This document shows, piece after piece, positions 55,712-64,000 of a stretch of 64,000 bases of DNA; the stretch's first letter is position 1; each line of letters begins with the position of its first letter. This DNA is from Acidimicrobiia bacterium (GTDB taxonomy: Bacteria; Actinomycetota; Acidimicrobiia; Spongiisociales; UBA11373). The position numbers and the translations under genes were made by a program. The notes beneath the pieces are model-generated. The model was not told the DNA's origin, searched no databases, and saw only the letters and a program-made list of their open reading frames with translations. Location: assembly GCA_030584185.1 (NCBI GenBank), contig CP129495.1, positions 1,079,628 to 1,143,627 on the forward strand. The letters run 5' to 3'.

Positions 55712-56221
55712 ATGCGAGTTCTCGTCACCGCAGCCAGCAAACACGACGCCACCGGCGAGATCGCCGAGGCCATCGGCCAGACGCTCTCCGACCACGGCGT
55801 GGAGGCGGTGGTGACCCCGCCCGGCGAAGCTCCCGGCCCCGAGGGTTTCGACGCCGTGGTCCTGGGCAGCGCCGTGTACGCCGGGCACTGGCTGAAGCCC
55901 GCCCTGGCCTACGCCGAGGAGCACCAGGATGCCCTTGCCGGGCTGCCCGTGTGGATGTTCTCGTCGGGCCCGGTGGGTGACCCACCGCGTCCCATTGAGG
56001 AGCCGGCCGACGCCGTTCGGGTGGCCGGCGAGATCGGCGCCCGGGAGCACCGCCTCTTCTCCGGTCGCCTCGACCCGACGATCCTCGGGCGGGGCGAGCG
56101 CCTGATCGTCAAGGCGATGCGGGCCCCTCAAGGTGACTTCCGGGAGTGGGCGGCGATCACCGGGTGGGGCACCGGAATCGCCGCCGAGTTGGGCGCCTCT
56201 AGGGCGAGAAAAGAGACGTGA
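55712..56221 (+). CDS. flavodoxin-like fold protein (FMN-binding)
   Basis: AGAAGGAG RBS; MRVLVTAASKHDATGEIAEAI and VVLGSAVYAGHW flavodoxin-like motifs. Confidence 0.7.
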   Translation: MRVLVTAASKHDATGEIAEAIGQTLSDHGVEAVVTPPGEAPGPEGFDAVVLGSAVYAGHWLKPALAYAEEHQDALAGLPVWMFSSGPVGDPPRPIEEPADAVRVAGEIGAREHRLFSGRLDPTILGRGERLIVKAMRAPQGDFREWAAITGWGTGIAAELGASRARKET

Positions 56222-56631
56222 TCGCACCCGAGTTGGTCACCGCCCGCTCCGGCCCGGCCTGGCGAAGCCGCCTGGTGACGGGCCTCGGTCTGCTCACCAT
56301 CCTCCATGGCGCCATCCACATGATGGCTCCCGCCGACATCTGGGACCTGGCCGAGTTCGAACAGGAGGTATCCCCATCGGTCGAGTTCGGTGGGGCAGCG
56401 CTCGACGCCCTCGCCGTGGGATGGACCATCACCGCCCTGATCCTCGCCTTCGCCGGGGTCATGCTGCTGTTGCGGCGTCCCTCCTGGTCGATCCCCGCGC
56501 TCACCGGGGTCGCCGTCTCGCAGGCCCTGATCGTCCTCTGGTGGGGATCGGCCTGGGTGGGGACCATCCCCAACGCACTCATCCTGCTCGGTGTGGTGCT
56601 CGACCGGCGTCTACGGCTCACCGCGCGATGA
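56218..56631 (+). CDS. hypothetical membrane protein (4 TM)
   Basis: GTGA overlap with flavodoxin gene; hydrophobic segments LVTGLGLLTILHGAIHMMA, ITALILAFAGVMLLL, GVAVSQALIVLWWG. Confidence 0.5.
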   Translation: MIAPELVTARSGPAWRSRLVTGLGLLTILHGAIHMMAPADIWDLAEFEQEVSPSVEFGGAALDALAVGWTITALILAFAGVMLLLRRPSWSIPALTGVAVSQALIVLWWGSAWVGTIPNALILLGVVLDRRLRLTAR

Positions 56632-56756
56632 CGCCCGCTCGCGAAAACATTCCCGCGGCGACCCCCTTGAGTGGCCGCCTCACGGCTGATACGTAGACGC
56701 TGCCGCCACCCGCCGACCGGCGGGGCACTCCCCTGGCTGCCGAAGAAAGGGGACGC

Positions 56757-57059
56757 GTGGACGTCAGCGGCCATCCCGACCTGGTCCACATCGGCCGCCT
56801 GCTGCGCGACCGAATGGACCGCACCCTCGAGGCGGAGATGGAGGCGGCCCGGGCCGCAGCCCGACGCAACCGGACCCTGCGCGAGATACTGCTCGCCGCC
56901 GAAGACGCCACCGAACGGGTCTGCCTCACCTCCAGCGACGGCGCCGCCCACCACGGCACGATCACCGCCGTCGGCTCCGACCATGTCGAGCTCACCTCCG
57001 GACCGGGCTCCCGGATACTCTCCCTGGCCCACCTGGTGGCGGTCGAGTGGCAACGATGA
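56757..57059 (+). CDS. hypothetical protein, first gene of tad operon (overlaps cpaB start)
   Basis: 100 aa, GTG start; helical Arg/Ala-rich N-half, beta-like C-half (RVCLTSSDGAAHHGTITAVGSDHVELTSG); no recognised domain. Confidence 0.4.
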   Translation: MDVSGHPDLVHIGRLLRDRMDRTLEAEMEAARAAARRNRTLREILLAAEDATERVCLTSSDGAAHHGTITAVGSDHVELTSGPGSRILSLAHLVAVEWQR

Positions 57060-57619
57060 AGGCGGTTCGCCTCGACCTGCGCCTGATGGCGGCCTCCGCC
57101 CTAGCCCTCATGGCAGGCCTCGCAGTCCATCTCGCTACACGACCAGAACCAACGACCGAGGTCCTGGTGGCGGCGACGGTGCTGCCACCGGGGGTTCCCC
57201 TTGCCGAACTCGAAGTCGACACGAGGTCGCTCCCGCCACTCCCCGGGCTGGTCGAAGCCTCTCGCCTCGATTCCGTGTCACAGCACTCGCTGCTTGCCGC
57301 CCTCGCCCCCGGCGAGCCCCTCCTCGAATCCCTGCTCCTTCCGCCGGGCGATCGTCCTGACTCCGTGGCCCTCACCCTCGATCCGTCCCAAGCGGTTCAG
57401 GGTGACCTGCTTCCCGGGGATCGCGTGGACATCTACGCCTCGGGCGACGAGGGCACCGCGCAGATCGCCTGGGATGTGCTCGTGCTCTCGGTCGGCGCAT
57501 CCAGCGGGATGGCCGGGGAACAGGTGGCCCTGGTGCTCGCTGCCGACCCCGACCTCGCCGCGGCGATCATCGCTGCCGCCGCCGGGTCGCGCATCGACCT
57601 GGTGAGGAGGGCGCGATGA
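57047..57619 (+). CDS. cpaB: Flp pilus assembly protein CpaB/RcpC
   Basis: N-terminal TM anchor, SAF-like domain (VLVAATVLPPGVPLAELEVDTRSLP), CpaB C-domain (GDRVDIYASGDEG...VLVLSV). Confidence 0.7.
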   Translation: MATMKAVRLDLRLMAASALALMAGLAVHLATRPEPTTEVLVAATVLPPGVPLAELEVDTRSLPPLPGLVEASRLDSVSQHSLLAALAPGEPLLESLLLPPGDRPDSVALTLDPSQAVQGDLLPGDRVDIYASGDEGTAQIAWDVLVLSVGASSGMAGEQVALVLAADPDLAAAIIAAAAGSRIDLVRRAR

Positions 57620-58647
57620 CGCTTCGCGTGGCCACGGTGCTGTCGGCCCGGGAGTGGGAGGCTCGACTCGTGGGAGCGGCTCGCAGCACCGCGGCCGTTC
57701 GCCTCGTGGTGCGGGCCTTCCGGCCCGACGAGATCCTGGAACGCGGCTCCGAGATCGATGTCGTCGTGGTCGGCTCCGAGGTCCCCTGGGCGACGACGGC
57801 GCGAATCGCCGCCTGGTCGCGCAGCGGGCTGCGGGTGGTGGGAGTTCACCCGGCTGGCGACCGGCCCGCCTGCGAGCGCCTGAAGGCAGGGGGTGCCGAT
57901 CTGGTGATCCCCGATGACCTCCCGGCCGAGGCCATGCTGCGCGAGATCCGCCTCCTGGAGCCGGCGTCGAGCCGAGCCGCCGTCGAGTTCCCCCTGGTCG
58001 CGGTCACCGGTCCGCGGGGGGCTCCCGGCCGCACCGAGGTTGCCCTGGCTCTGGCCTGGCTGATGGCGGGCCACGGGATCGTGGTCCTCGCCGACGGCGA
58101 CCTGGAGGCGCCCGGCGTCGCCATCCGAATGGGTGTGCCACCGCGTCCCGATCTCACCGATGCCGTGGACGAGGTTCACGGATCGGGATCGATCTCGTCT
58201 GACGCCCTCCACGCCGTGGGCCGCCTCCGGGTGCTGCCCGGGTCGCATCGACCGGGTGAGCCACCTCTGCGCATCGAGCCGGTCCAGGACGTCCTCGATG
58301 CCATCCGCTCCGACTCGGGCGTCGTCGTCGACTGCGGGCCGTGGCCCCTGCGATCGGAGTTGGTCAAGGCCGCCACCACCGCCGTCGTGGTCGTCGACTC
58401 GTCACCGCGCGGGATAGTGCGCGCCGCCGGGATGCTCGCCGAGTGGGCGGGACCGCCGCCCTGCCTGGTGCTCAACCGGCTGCCGAGGTCGGGCCGTGAA
58501 GACGCCGTGCTTGCCACCCGCCGTTGGACGGGGCTCGATCCCGTGGCGCTCATCCCCGACACGCCCCGGGTGGCTGCGGCGGCCCGGGCGGGAGCACCAC
58601 CGGCCCGCCCGCTCCTGAAGCACCTCCACGCGGTGGCCGGCCGATGA
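57616..58647 (+). CDS. cpaE: Flp pilus assembly protein TadZ/CpaE-like (receiver-like N-domain plus ParA/MinD-like domain with degenerate Walker A)
   Basis: ATGA overlap with cpaB; N-terminal REC-like fold; ParA-like region VAVTGPRGAPGRTEVALALAWLMAGHGIVVLADGDL where the deviant Walker A lysine/threonine are replaced (GAPGRTE). Confidence 0.7.
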   Translation: MTLRVATVLSAREWEARLVGAARSTAAVRLVVRAFRPDEILERGSEIDVVVVGSEVPWATTARIAAWSRSGLRVVGVHPAGDRPACERLKAGGADLVIPDDLPAEAMLREIRLLEPASSRAAVEFPLVAVTGPRGAPGRTEVALALAWLMAGHGIVVLADGDLEAPGVAIRMGVPPRPDLTDAVDEVHGSGSISSDALHAVGRLRVLPGSHRPGEPPLRIEPVQDVLDAIRSDSGVVVDCGPWPLRSELVKAATTAVVVVDSSPRGIVRAAGMLAEWAGPPPCLVLNRLPRSGREDAVLATRRWTGLDPVALIPDTPRVAAAARAGAPPARPLLKHLHAVAGR

Positions 58648-59576
58648 CCGGGTTCCTCGCCGACGTGCTCGCCGATCCTCTGGTCGAAGAGGTCATCGTT
58701 CACGGCGGAGAGCGCACCTTCGTGGTGCGCCAGGGCGAGAAGCGACTTCTGCCCATCGTCTCCGACCCCGACTCGGTGCGAGACCTGGTCGAGCGTCTCC
58801 TGAGCGGCACCGGAAGGCGGCTCGACCTGGCCAGCCCGATCGTCTCCGCACAGCTCCCCGATGGCAGCCGCCTCCATGTGACCGGACCGCCCGTGACCCG
58901 ACCCGGAAACCTCAACGTCCAGATCCGGCGGTTCGTGGTCGCAGCCTCGGGCATGGAGGAGCTGGCGCGCCGCGGCAGCGTCCCATCCGAGATCGCCGAA
59001 CTGCTCGCGACGGCCATCGCCGACGACCGGACGGTGCTGGTGGCGGGAGCGCCGGGGGCCGGCAAGACGACCCTCGCCGGGTGTCTGCTGGCAGCGGTGC
59101 CTCCCGACCGTCGCGTCGTCACCTGTGAGGAGGTCTTCGAGATCTCGGTCGAGCTCCCCGACATGACCCGCATGCAGACCCGCGACGAGGGCCTCGACGG
59201 AGGAGCCGCCATCACGCTGCGCGATCTGGTGCGGGCGTCGCTGAGGCAGCGCCCCGACCGCATCGTGGTCGGAGAGGTGAGGGGTCCCGAGGCTCTCGAC
59301 CTCCTACTCGCCCTCAATGCCGGGTGCTCCGGGCTGGCCACGCTCCATGCCAACTCGGCGATCGACGCCCTCGACAAGCTGGTCGGCTACTGCGTGCTCG
59401 CCGGCTCCAACGTGTCCATCGACTACGTCCGCTCGGCCCTGGCGGCGGTCACCGACCTGGTGGTGTTCCTGCGACGCAGTCCCGAAGGCAGGCGGGTCGA
59501 GGAGGTCGCCCAGGTCACGGGATGGGATGGAGCGTGCTGGACCCACGAGATGCTCTACCGGGCGGCCGGAGGATGA
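58644..59576 (+). CDS. cpaF: Flp pilus assembly ATPase TadA/CpaF (secretion NTPase)
   Basis: Walker A GAPGAGKTT, Asp box/Walker B RIVVGEVRGPEA, His box LATLHANSA. Confidence 0.9.
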   Translation: MTGFLADVLADPLVEEVIVHGGERTFVVRQGEKRLLPIVSDPDSVRDLVERLLSGTGRRLDLASPIVSAQLPDGSRLHVTGPPVTRPGNLNVQIRRFVVAASGMEELARRGSVPSEIAELLATAIADDRTVLVAGAPGAGKTTLAGCLLAAVPPDRRVVTCEEVFEISVELPDMTRMQTRDEGLDGGAAITLRDLVRASLRQRPDRIVVGEVRGPEALDLLLALNAGCSGLATLHANSAIDALDKLVGYCVLAGSNVSIDYVRSALAAVTDLVVFLRRSPEGRRVEEVAQVTGWDGACWTHEMLYRAAGG

Positions 59577-60349
59577 GGATGGTGGCAACCGCAGCGGCGA
59601 CGGGAGCGGTCCTGGTGGCGCTCGGCTCACCGTGGTCGGCGGAAGTGAGGTTTCCCCGGCCGGGCACCCTGGGTGTCGGGCTCGTCGCCGGCGTCACTGC
59701 CTTCTTGGTCGCAACGGCCCTGGGCCTTCCGCTGGGCGCCACCCTGATCGCCGGCCTGACGGCGGCGCCGGCTCCTTCGTGGTCGATGCGCCAGGCGGCG
59801 GGTCGCAGGGCACGCACCGCCGCCGAGCGCTGGCCCGACTTCCTGACCGCAGTTCGCAGTCGCCTTGCCACCGGAGCCTCGATGCCGGAGGCGTGCGCCG
59901 CCGCCGCCCGGCACCTCGGCGGCGCCTTCGCCTGCCTCGACCGGGGACCGGGACAGCCGTTCTCGACGACCATCGCCCAGGCCCGCCAGACCTGGTCGGA
60001 CTCGCTTGCCGACCGTGTGCTCATGTCCCTGGAGGCTGCCGAGACGGCAGGCGGACCCACAGTCGGTGCGGTCCTGGGATCGCTAGCCGCTTCGGTCGCC
60101 GACGACCTTCGGCTTCGCCGCGCTCATCACGCCGCACTCACCGAGCAGCGGCTCACGGCAGCCGTTGCCCTGCTGGCGCCATGGGCGATCCTGGTCCTCT
60201 CCATCCTCACCAATCCCACCGCCGCCGAGGCGTTCGCCACGCCGACCGGCAACGCCATCGTCGGCGGAGGAGCCATCGCCACCCTGGTCGGCTTCGCCAT
60301 GGCACGCCGGGCGGCGCGTCTGTCTCGACCCCCGCGGGTGTTCTCGTGA
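59573..60349 (+). CDS. tadB: Flp pilus assembly inner-membrane protein TadB (GspF-like)
   Basis: ATGA overlap; 258 aa, T2SS-F family topology (TM, cytoplasmic helical domain with RWPDFLTAVRSRLATGASM, C-terminal TMs). Confidence 0.75.
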   Translation: MRMVATAAATGAVLVALGSPWSAEVRFPRPGTLGVGLVAGVTAFLVATALGLPLGATLIAGLTAAPAPSWSMRQAAGRRARTAAERWPDFLTAVRSRLATGASMPEACAAAARHLGGAFACLDRGPGQPFSTTIAQARQTWSDSLADRVLMSLEAAETAGGPTVGAVLGSLAASVADDLRLRRAHHAALTEQRLTAAVALLAPWAILVLSILTNPTAAEAFATPTGNAIVGGGAIATLVGFAMARRAARLSRPPRVFS

Positions 60350-61074
60350 CCGCCCTATTGGCAGCGGCGGCGGTCGGCCTGGCGACCATGGCGATCAGGC
60401 CGGCGCGGGTCCATCCCGGCAGGTATCTGCAGGCCACCGACTCGCCCGGGAAGACGGTGAGCCGTCGGTCGTATCGGCCCCCGCCTGCGATGCTGTGGGG
60501 AGGTGGTGCCGGTGCCGCCCTGGCCACCAGCACGGTGCCCGACCGCATCCTCCCTCTCGTCGCTGTCGGTGGTCTCGCCGGGCTCCTGGTGCGCCGGGCC
60601 ATCAGCAGCACCCGGGCCGATCGGCGGGGACGCAGGCTCGCCCAGGAGGTTCCCGCCGTGGCCGACGCCCTCGCCCTGCGCACCCTCGCGGGCGACTCCG
60701 TGGCGGGGGCCATCCACGGTGTGATCCGGCGCTGCAGAGGCGTTGCCGCCGAGGAGCTGAGCGCCGTGCTCGCCCTGGAGGGTGGACTCGAGGATGCACT
60801 GCGCCAGGCGGCCCGGGACAGTGCCCATCCCTCGGGAGCCCGACTGTGGGACCTGCTCGCCCATGCCCATCGCACCGGGGGCAGGCTCGCCGAAGCCTTG
60901 TTCTCCCTGGCGACCGACCTGAGGGCGACGCTGGCCGCCGATCTCACCGCCGAGGGGGGACGGCGCGCCCTCGCCTCCTACGGGCCGATCCTGGCGTTCA
61001 TGGTGCCGGTGACGATCGTCTTTCTCATGTACCCGACCCTCGCAGGGCTCAACGCCCTGTCCGCCCGACCATGA
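60346..61074 (+). CDS. tadC: Flp pilus assembly inner-membrane protein TadC (GspF-like)
   Basis: GTGA overlap; 242 aa, T2SS-F family (VPAVADALALRTLAGDSVAGAI ... ILAFMVPVTIVFLMYPTLAGL). Confidence 0.75.
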   Translation: MTALLAAAAVGLATMAIRPARVHPGRYLQATDSPGKTVSRRSYRPPPAMLWGGGAGAALATSTVPDRILPLVAVGGLAGLLVRRAISSTRADRRGRRLAQEVPAVADALALRTLAGDSVAGAIHGVIRRCRGVAAEELSAVLALEGGLEDALRQAARDSAHPSGARLWDLLAHAHRTGGRLAEALFSLATDLRATLAADLTAEGGRRALASYGPILAFMVPVTIVFLMYPTLAGLNALSARP

Positions 61075-61086
61075 AAGGAGCCCGTG

Positions 61087-61254
61087 ATGAGTTCGACGTT
61101 GCATCGAGACGACAGTGGGGTGACCACCGTGGAGTGGCTGGGGATGGCGGCGATCGCCGTGCTGGTGATCGCCATCCTGCTCCCCCAGGTTCGCTCGGCG
61201 GCCAGCAGATTGTGGTCGTCGATCGTCAGCCAGCTCACCGGCTTCCTCGCCTAG
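61087..61254 (+). CDS. flp: Flp-family type IVb prepilin
   Basis: AAAGGAG RBS 6 nt upstream; MSSTLHRDDSG/VTTVEWLGMAAIAVLVIAILL fits Flp motif G/xTxVEYxL with cleavage after Gly; 55 aa, absent from ORF track. Confidence 0.65.
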   Translation: MSSTLHRDDSGVTTVEWLGMAAIAVLVIAILLPQVRSAASRLWSSIVSQLTGFLA

Positions 61255-61289
61255 AACGGGGAAGCGCCATCCTCGAGGAGACAGTGGGC

Positions 61290-61610
61290 ATGGCGATCAC
61301 GTTCCTGCTGCTCACCGTGCTGGTCCAGGCCTCGACGGCCCTGGCGGCACGATCGGTGGCCGATGCCGCCGTGGCGGCCTCGGTCCGCCGCCTCTCCCTG
61401 CCGGGTGCCGACCTGGCCGGGGAGGAGCGTCGGCTGGCCCAAACCCTGGAGTCGGTGGTGCCCGGGGCGGCCGGGGTCGGCGTGCGCCTGTTCGCCGGGC
61501 CGACTTCGACCTGGGGCATCGCCACCATCGAGTGGAGGCCACCGGGACCGCTGCTGGTGCCGATCACGCTCCACTCCCGAGCCGAGGTACCGCGTGCCAT
61601 CCCCCCGTGA
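61290..61610 (+). CDS. TadE-like pilus assembly protein
   Basis: GAGGAG RBS; N-terminal hydrophobic segment MAITFLLLTVLVQASTALAARSVADAA characteristic of TadE/TadF. Confidence 0.6.
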   Translation: MAITFLLLTVLVQASTALAARSVADAAVAASVRRLSLPGADLAGEERRLAQTLESVVPGAAGVGVRLFAGPTSTWGIATIEWRPPGPLLVPITLHSRAEVPRAIPP

Positions 61611-61620
61611 TCGCGGCTCG

Positions 61621-61959
61621 GTGCTGATCGCCGACCTGGTCCTGGCGTCCGCAGTGGTGGTGCTGGTGGCGGCGGCGACGGCTGCCGCCGGCCGGGTCTC
61701 CGTCTACCAACAGGAACAGCGTGAGGCGGCCCGGGTGGCCGCCGTGACCGCCGCCCGCACCGGAGACGTACCGGCGGCGGTCGCCGCGGCCGGACGGCTG
61801 GCCCCGGGCCGAAGCGTGGCACTGAGCGCCGGCGGAGGCAGGGTGGTTGCCCGCCTCACCGGGAGCGTTCGGCTCGCCCACCCCGAGGGCGCCGCAAGCC
61901 TCACCATCACCGAGACTGTCGTCGTACCCATCGCCCCGTACCGATCCAACCGTGGCTGA
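61621..61959 (+). CDS. TadE-like pilus assembly protein (second copy)
   Basis: N-terminal LIADLVLASAVVVLVAAATAAAGR hydrophobic segment; start GTG 61621 (GTG 61594 alternative). Confidence 0.5.
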   Translation: MLIADLVLASAVVVLVAAATAAAGRVSVYQQEQREAARVAAVTAARTGDVPAAVAAAGRLAPGRSVALSAGGGRVVARLTGSVRLAHPEGAASLTITETVVVPIAPYRSNRG

Positions 61960-62338
61960 ACGCGGCGCAGTCCACCTGACGCTGCTCGCCCTGCTGCTGG
62001 GCGGGATGCTGATGCTGGGGCTCGCCGTCGACCTGGCCAGGTTCGCCGCGACCTGGCGGGAGGCTTCCCACCTGGCCGCCACCTCGGCCGAGGCAGGCGC
62101 CGGCTGGATCGACGAGACGGCTGCCCGCCGGGGGGAGTTGGAGGTCGATGCCACCCGATCCCGTGTCGCGGCCACACAGGTGGCGTCGGGCTCCGGGAGG
62201 TCGGTGCTGATCTCGGTCACGCCGGCACGGGTCTGCGTGCGGGTCTCGATCCCGGTGCACCCCACCCTGCTGGCGATGGTGGGCGCCGCCCCTCGCCAGG
62301 CATCGGCTGTGGCGTGCGCCGAGCCGCGCCGGGGGTGA
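61952..62338 (+). CDS. TadE/TadG-like pilus assembly protein (third copy)
   Basis: GTG start overlapping previous stop; ERGAVHLTLLALLLGGMLMLGLAVDLARF N-terminal TadE/G-like motif. Confidence 0.55.
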   Translation: MAERGAVHLTLLALLLGGMLMLGLAVDLARFAATWREASHLAATSAEAGAGWIDETAARRGELEVDATRSRVAATQVASGSGRSVLISVTPARVCVRVSIPVHPTLLAMVGAAPRQASAVACAEPRRG

Positions 62339-62502
62339 GGTCAGACACCATCGGGTGCCACCTGCCGAGCACACACCTCCGTCGCTCGCTCGGAGATCCC
62401 ACATTCCGGGGAAGCTTCCCTCGAGTGATGGAAAGGCGGTTTCCATGCATCGCCGTAACTGATAGTATCACGTACGACGCTAGTTGGTGACAGATTCCAA
62501 TC

Positions 62503-63654
62503 ATGTTGTTCGAGACACCTGAACTCCAAGGCCCCGAACTGCAAGTCCTCGACCAGTTGCGCAAGCTCCGGGAGGACTTGCGAATCTACCTGCATGAACC
62601 GCGACGCTGGCACGGTCCACTTCGGCGCCAGGCGTTGGCGCGCGCCATCCAAGGTTCGAACACCATCGAGGGCTACAGCGCCGAACTCGACGACGCTGCT
62701 GCCATCGCCCTCGGCGAAGACCCGCTCGACGCCGACGAGGAGACACGCCTCGCCTTGAGGGGGTATCGCGAGGCGATGACATTCGTTCTGCAGATGGCCG
62801 ACGATCCGGACTTCAGGTTTGGCGAGCAACTCATTCGCAGCCTCCACTTCATGATGTTGAGCTACGACCTCTCCAAGCGACCGGGACGCTGGAGGCCAGG
62901 GGCCGTCTACGTTCACCACGACCAGACGGGGGAGATCGTCTACGAGGGAGCGCCAGCCGAGGAGGTGGTCGATCTCATGGCAGAGCTCCTCGACGACCTC
63001 AATGGGACCAACGACACGCCGGCAATGGTGCGAGCAGCGATGGCCCACCTCAATCTGGTTCTCGTGCACCCATTCTCAGACGGGAATGGCCGCATGGCTC
63101 GATGCCTGCAGAGCCTGGTACTGGCGAGAGAGGGAATCCTCTCACCGGTCTTTCTGAACATCGAGGAGTACCTTGGCCGCAACACCCAGGCCTACTACGA
63201 CGTGCTCGCTGATGTCGGCGGTGGATCGTGGCAGCCCACCCGGGACGCTCGCCCGTGGCTTCGATTCGCGCTGACCGCGCACCTGCGCCAAGCACGCACC
63301 TGGTTCCAGCGCGTGAAGGAGACCGAACGGCTGTGGGGCGAACTCGAAGCTCTCGTTGCTCACCACGGTCTTCGGGAACGTTCGACCGTCGCGCTCTATG
63401 ACGCAGCGATGCGATTCCGAGTTCGTAACGCGACTTACCGGGCGGCATTCGATGAGGCCGATGATGAACTCAGTGACCAAGCGGCGGGCCGAGACCTAAG
63501 GGCACTTGTCGACGCGGGACTCCTGGTGAAGAGAGGAGCGAAGCGAGGCACGTACTACGTCGCGTCCCCGAGGCTCGCAGCTGTGCGGAAGGCCATCGTC
63601 GAGAAACGAGGTCCGCGTGACGATACGGACCCCTTCGCCGGAACCGGATCGTGA
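62503..63654 (+). CDS. fic: Fic-family protein (AMPylator/toxin-like)
   Basis: Fic motif HPFSDGNGRMAR (HPFx[DE]GNGR); C-terminal winged-helix-like region; gene and 160-bp upstream region have lower GC than surroundings. Confidence 0.85.
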   Translation: MLFETPELQGPELQVLDQLRKLREDLRIYLHEPRRWHGPLRRQALARAIQGSNTIEGYSAELDDAAAIALGEDPLDADEETRLALRGYREAMTFVLQMADDPDFRFGEQLIRSLHFMMLSYDLSKRPGRWRPGAVYVHHDQTGEIVYEGAPAEEVVDLMAELLDDLNGTNDTPAMVRAAMAHLNLVLVHPFSDGNGRMARCLQSLVLAREGILSPVFLNIEEYLGRNTQAYYDVLADVGGGSWQPTRDARPWLRFALTAHLRQARTWFQRVKETERLWGELEALVAHHGLRERSTVALYDAAMRFRVRNATYRAAFDEADDELSDQAAGRDLRALVDAGLLVKRGAKRGTYYVASPRLAAVRKAIVEKRGPRDDTDPFAGTGS

Positions 63655-64000
63655 CCGCAGGAGAGCCTTCTGGGGCAACACCACATCTCCCGCCTCACGA
63701 CAACCTCGATGACGCCGTGCGTCCCCGGGGTGGCGATGCCTCGCCGGGCGCCGGTTCCGCCTGCTCGGCACCAGCCAGGGTGACCACGACAGTGTGACCA
63801 CGGGCCGCGCCGCCGGCCCACTCGTACCCCACTCCAGCGAAGTGGGGCAGCGCTGTCTCCGCTCGAAGGCGCCGGCCAGGGGGAACAGACAGCCGGCAAT
63901 CGCGGAGCCGGGATCCTCCTCGTGCGCCAATCCCCAAGCGTGACGCTCCGGACGACGAGAATGCCCGGTCATGAGGCGACGCGGCGTGTTTCTCATGACG

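Noticed and set aside
1-64000. CRISPR arrays, rRNA, tRNA
   Set aside because: No regularly spaced direct repeats and no rRNA-like or cloverleaf-like sequences were noticed in intergenic regions. This was a by-eye scan only; tRNAscan/Infernal was not run.
63655-64000. minus-strand ORFs 63496-63996, 63555-63899, 63695-63937
   Set aside because: Arg/Pro-rich, overlapping each other and the fic 3' end; probably non-coding or the edge of a gene continuing beyond the window.

Overview
This is a high-GC (~70%) actinobacterial-type chromosomal window, possibly Acidimicrobiia-like, and both strands are densely coding.

- **Core genes:** hpt, a heterodimeric ABC exporter pair, gpsA, lgt, ctaB, pckA (ATP type), glnE, a DAHP synthase, ald, clpS with a DUF2017 partner, mgtE, an acyl-CoA dehydrogenase, and a PLP-dependent trans-sulfuration enzyme.
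- **Accessory and regulatory content:** a divergent zur-znuC / znuA-znuB zinc-uptake locus with a candidate Zur box, and a LuxR-associated tripartite exporter (peptidoglycan-binding HlyD-like adaptor, ABC ATPase, FtsX permease). There is a low-GC island carrying a frameshifted IS3 remnant plus a lipoprotein and a small Cys-bridged secreted protein. Also present are two solitary mazEF/pemIK-like toxin-antitoxin pairs and a 785-aa secreted SBBP beta-propeller protein with three CWB2 cell-wall-binding repeats. A JAB/MPN (Mec-like) gene is coupled to a MoeZ-like protein with inverted (rhodanese-then-ThiF) domain order. PIN-PhoH (PhoH2), an XRE / HbhA-like pair, a GGDEF cyclase and a Fic protein in a lower-GC context are also present.
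- **Notable calls the ORF track misses:** selD is a selenoprotein with an in-frame TGA (Sec) and a SECIS-like hairpin; the ORF track truncates it. A complete tad/flp pilus locus (cpaB, tadZ/cpaE, tadA/cpaF, tadB, tadC, three TadE/G-like genes) includes a 55-aa flp pilin gene. Three further small ORFs with strong ribosome-binding sites are also unannotated.
- **Not found:** no CRISPR array, rRNA or tRNA.
- **Candidate for the prompted 'novel system':** nothing here is clearly undescribed; the best candidate is the low-GC IS3-remnant island with the lipoprotein plus small Cys-bridged secreted protein (possible bacteriocin/immunity pair).

Start codons are often GTG or TTG, so coordinates of starts carry a few codons of uncertainty.
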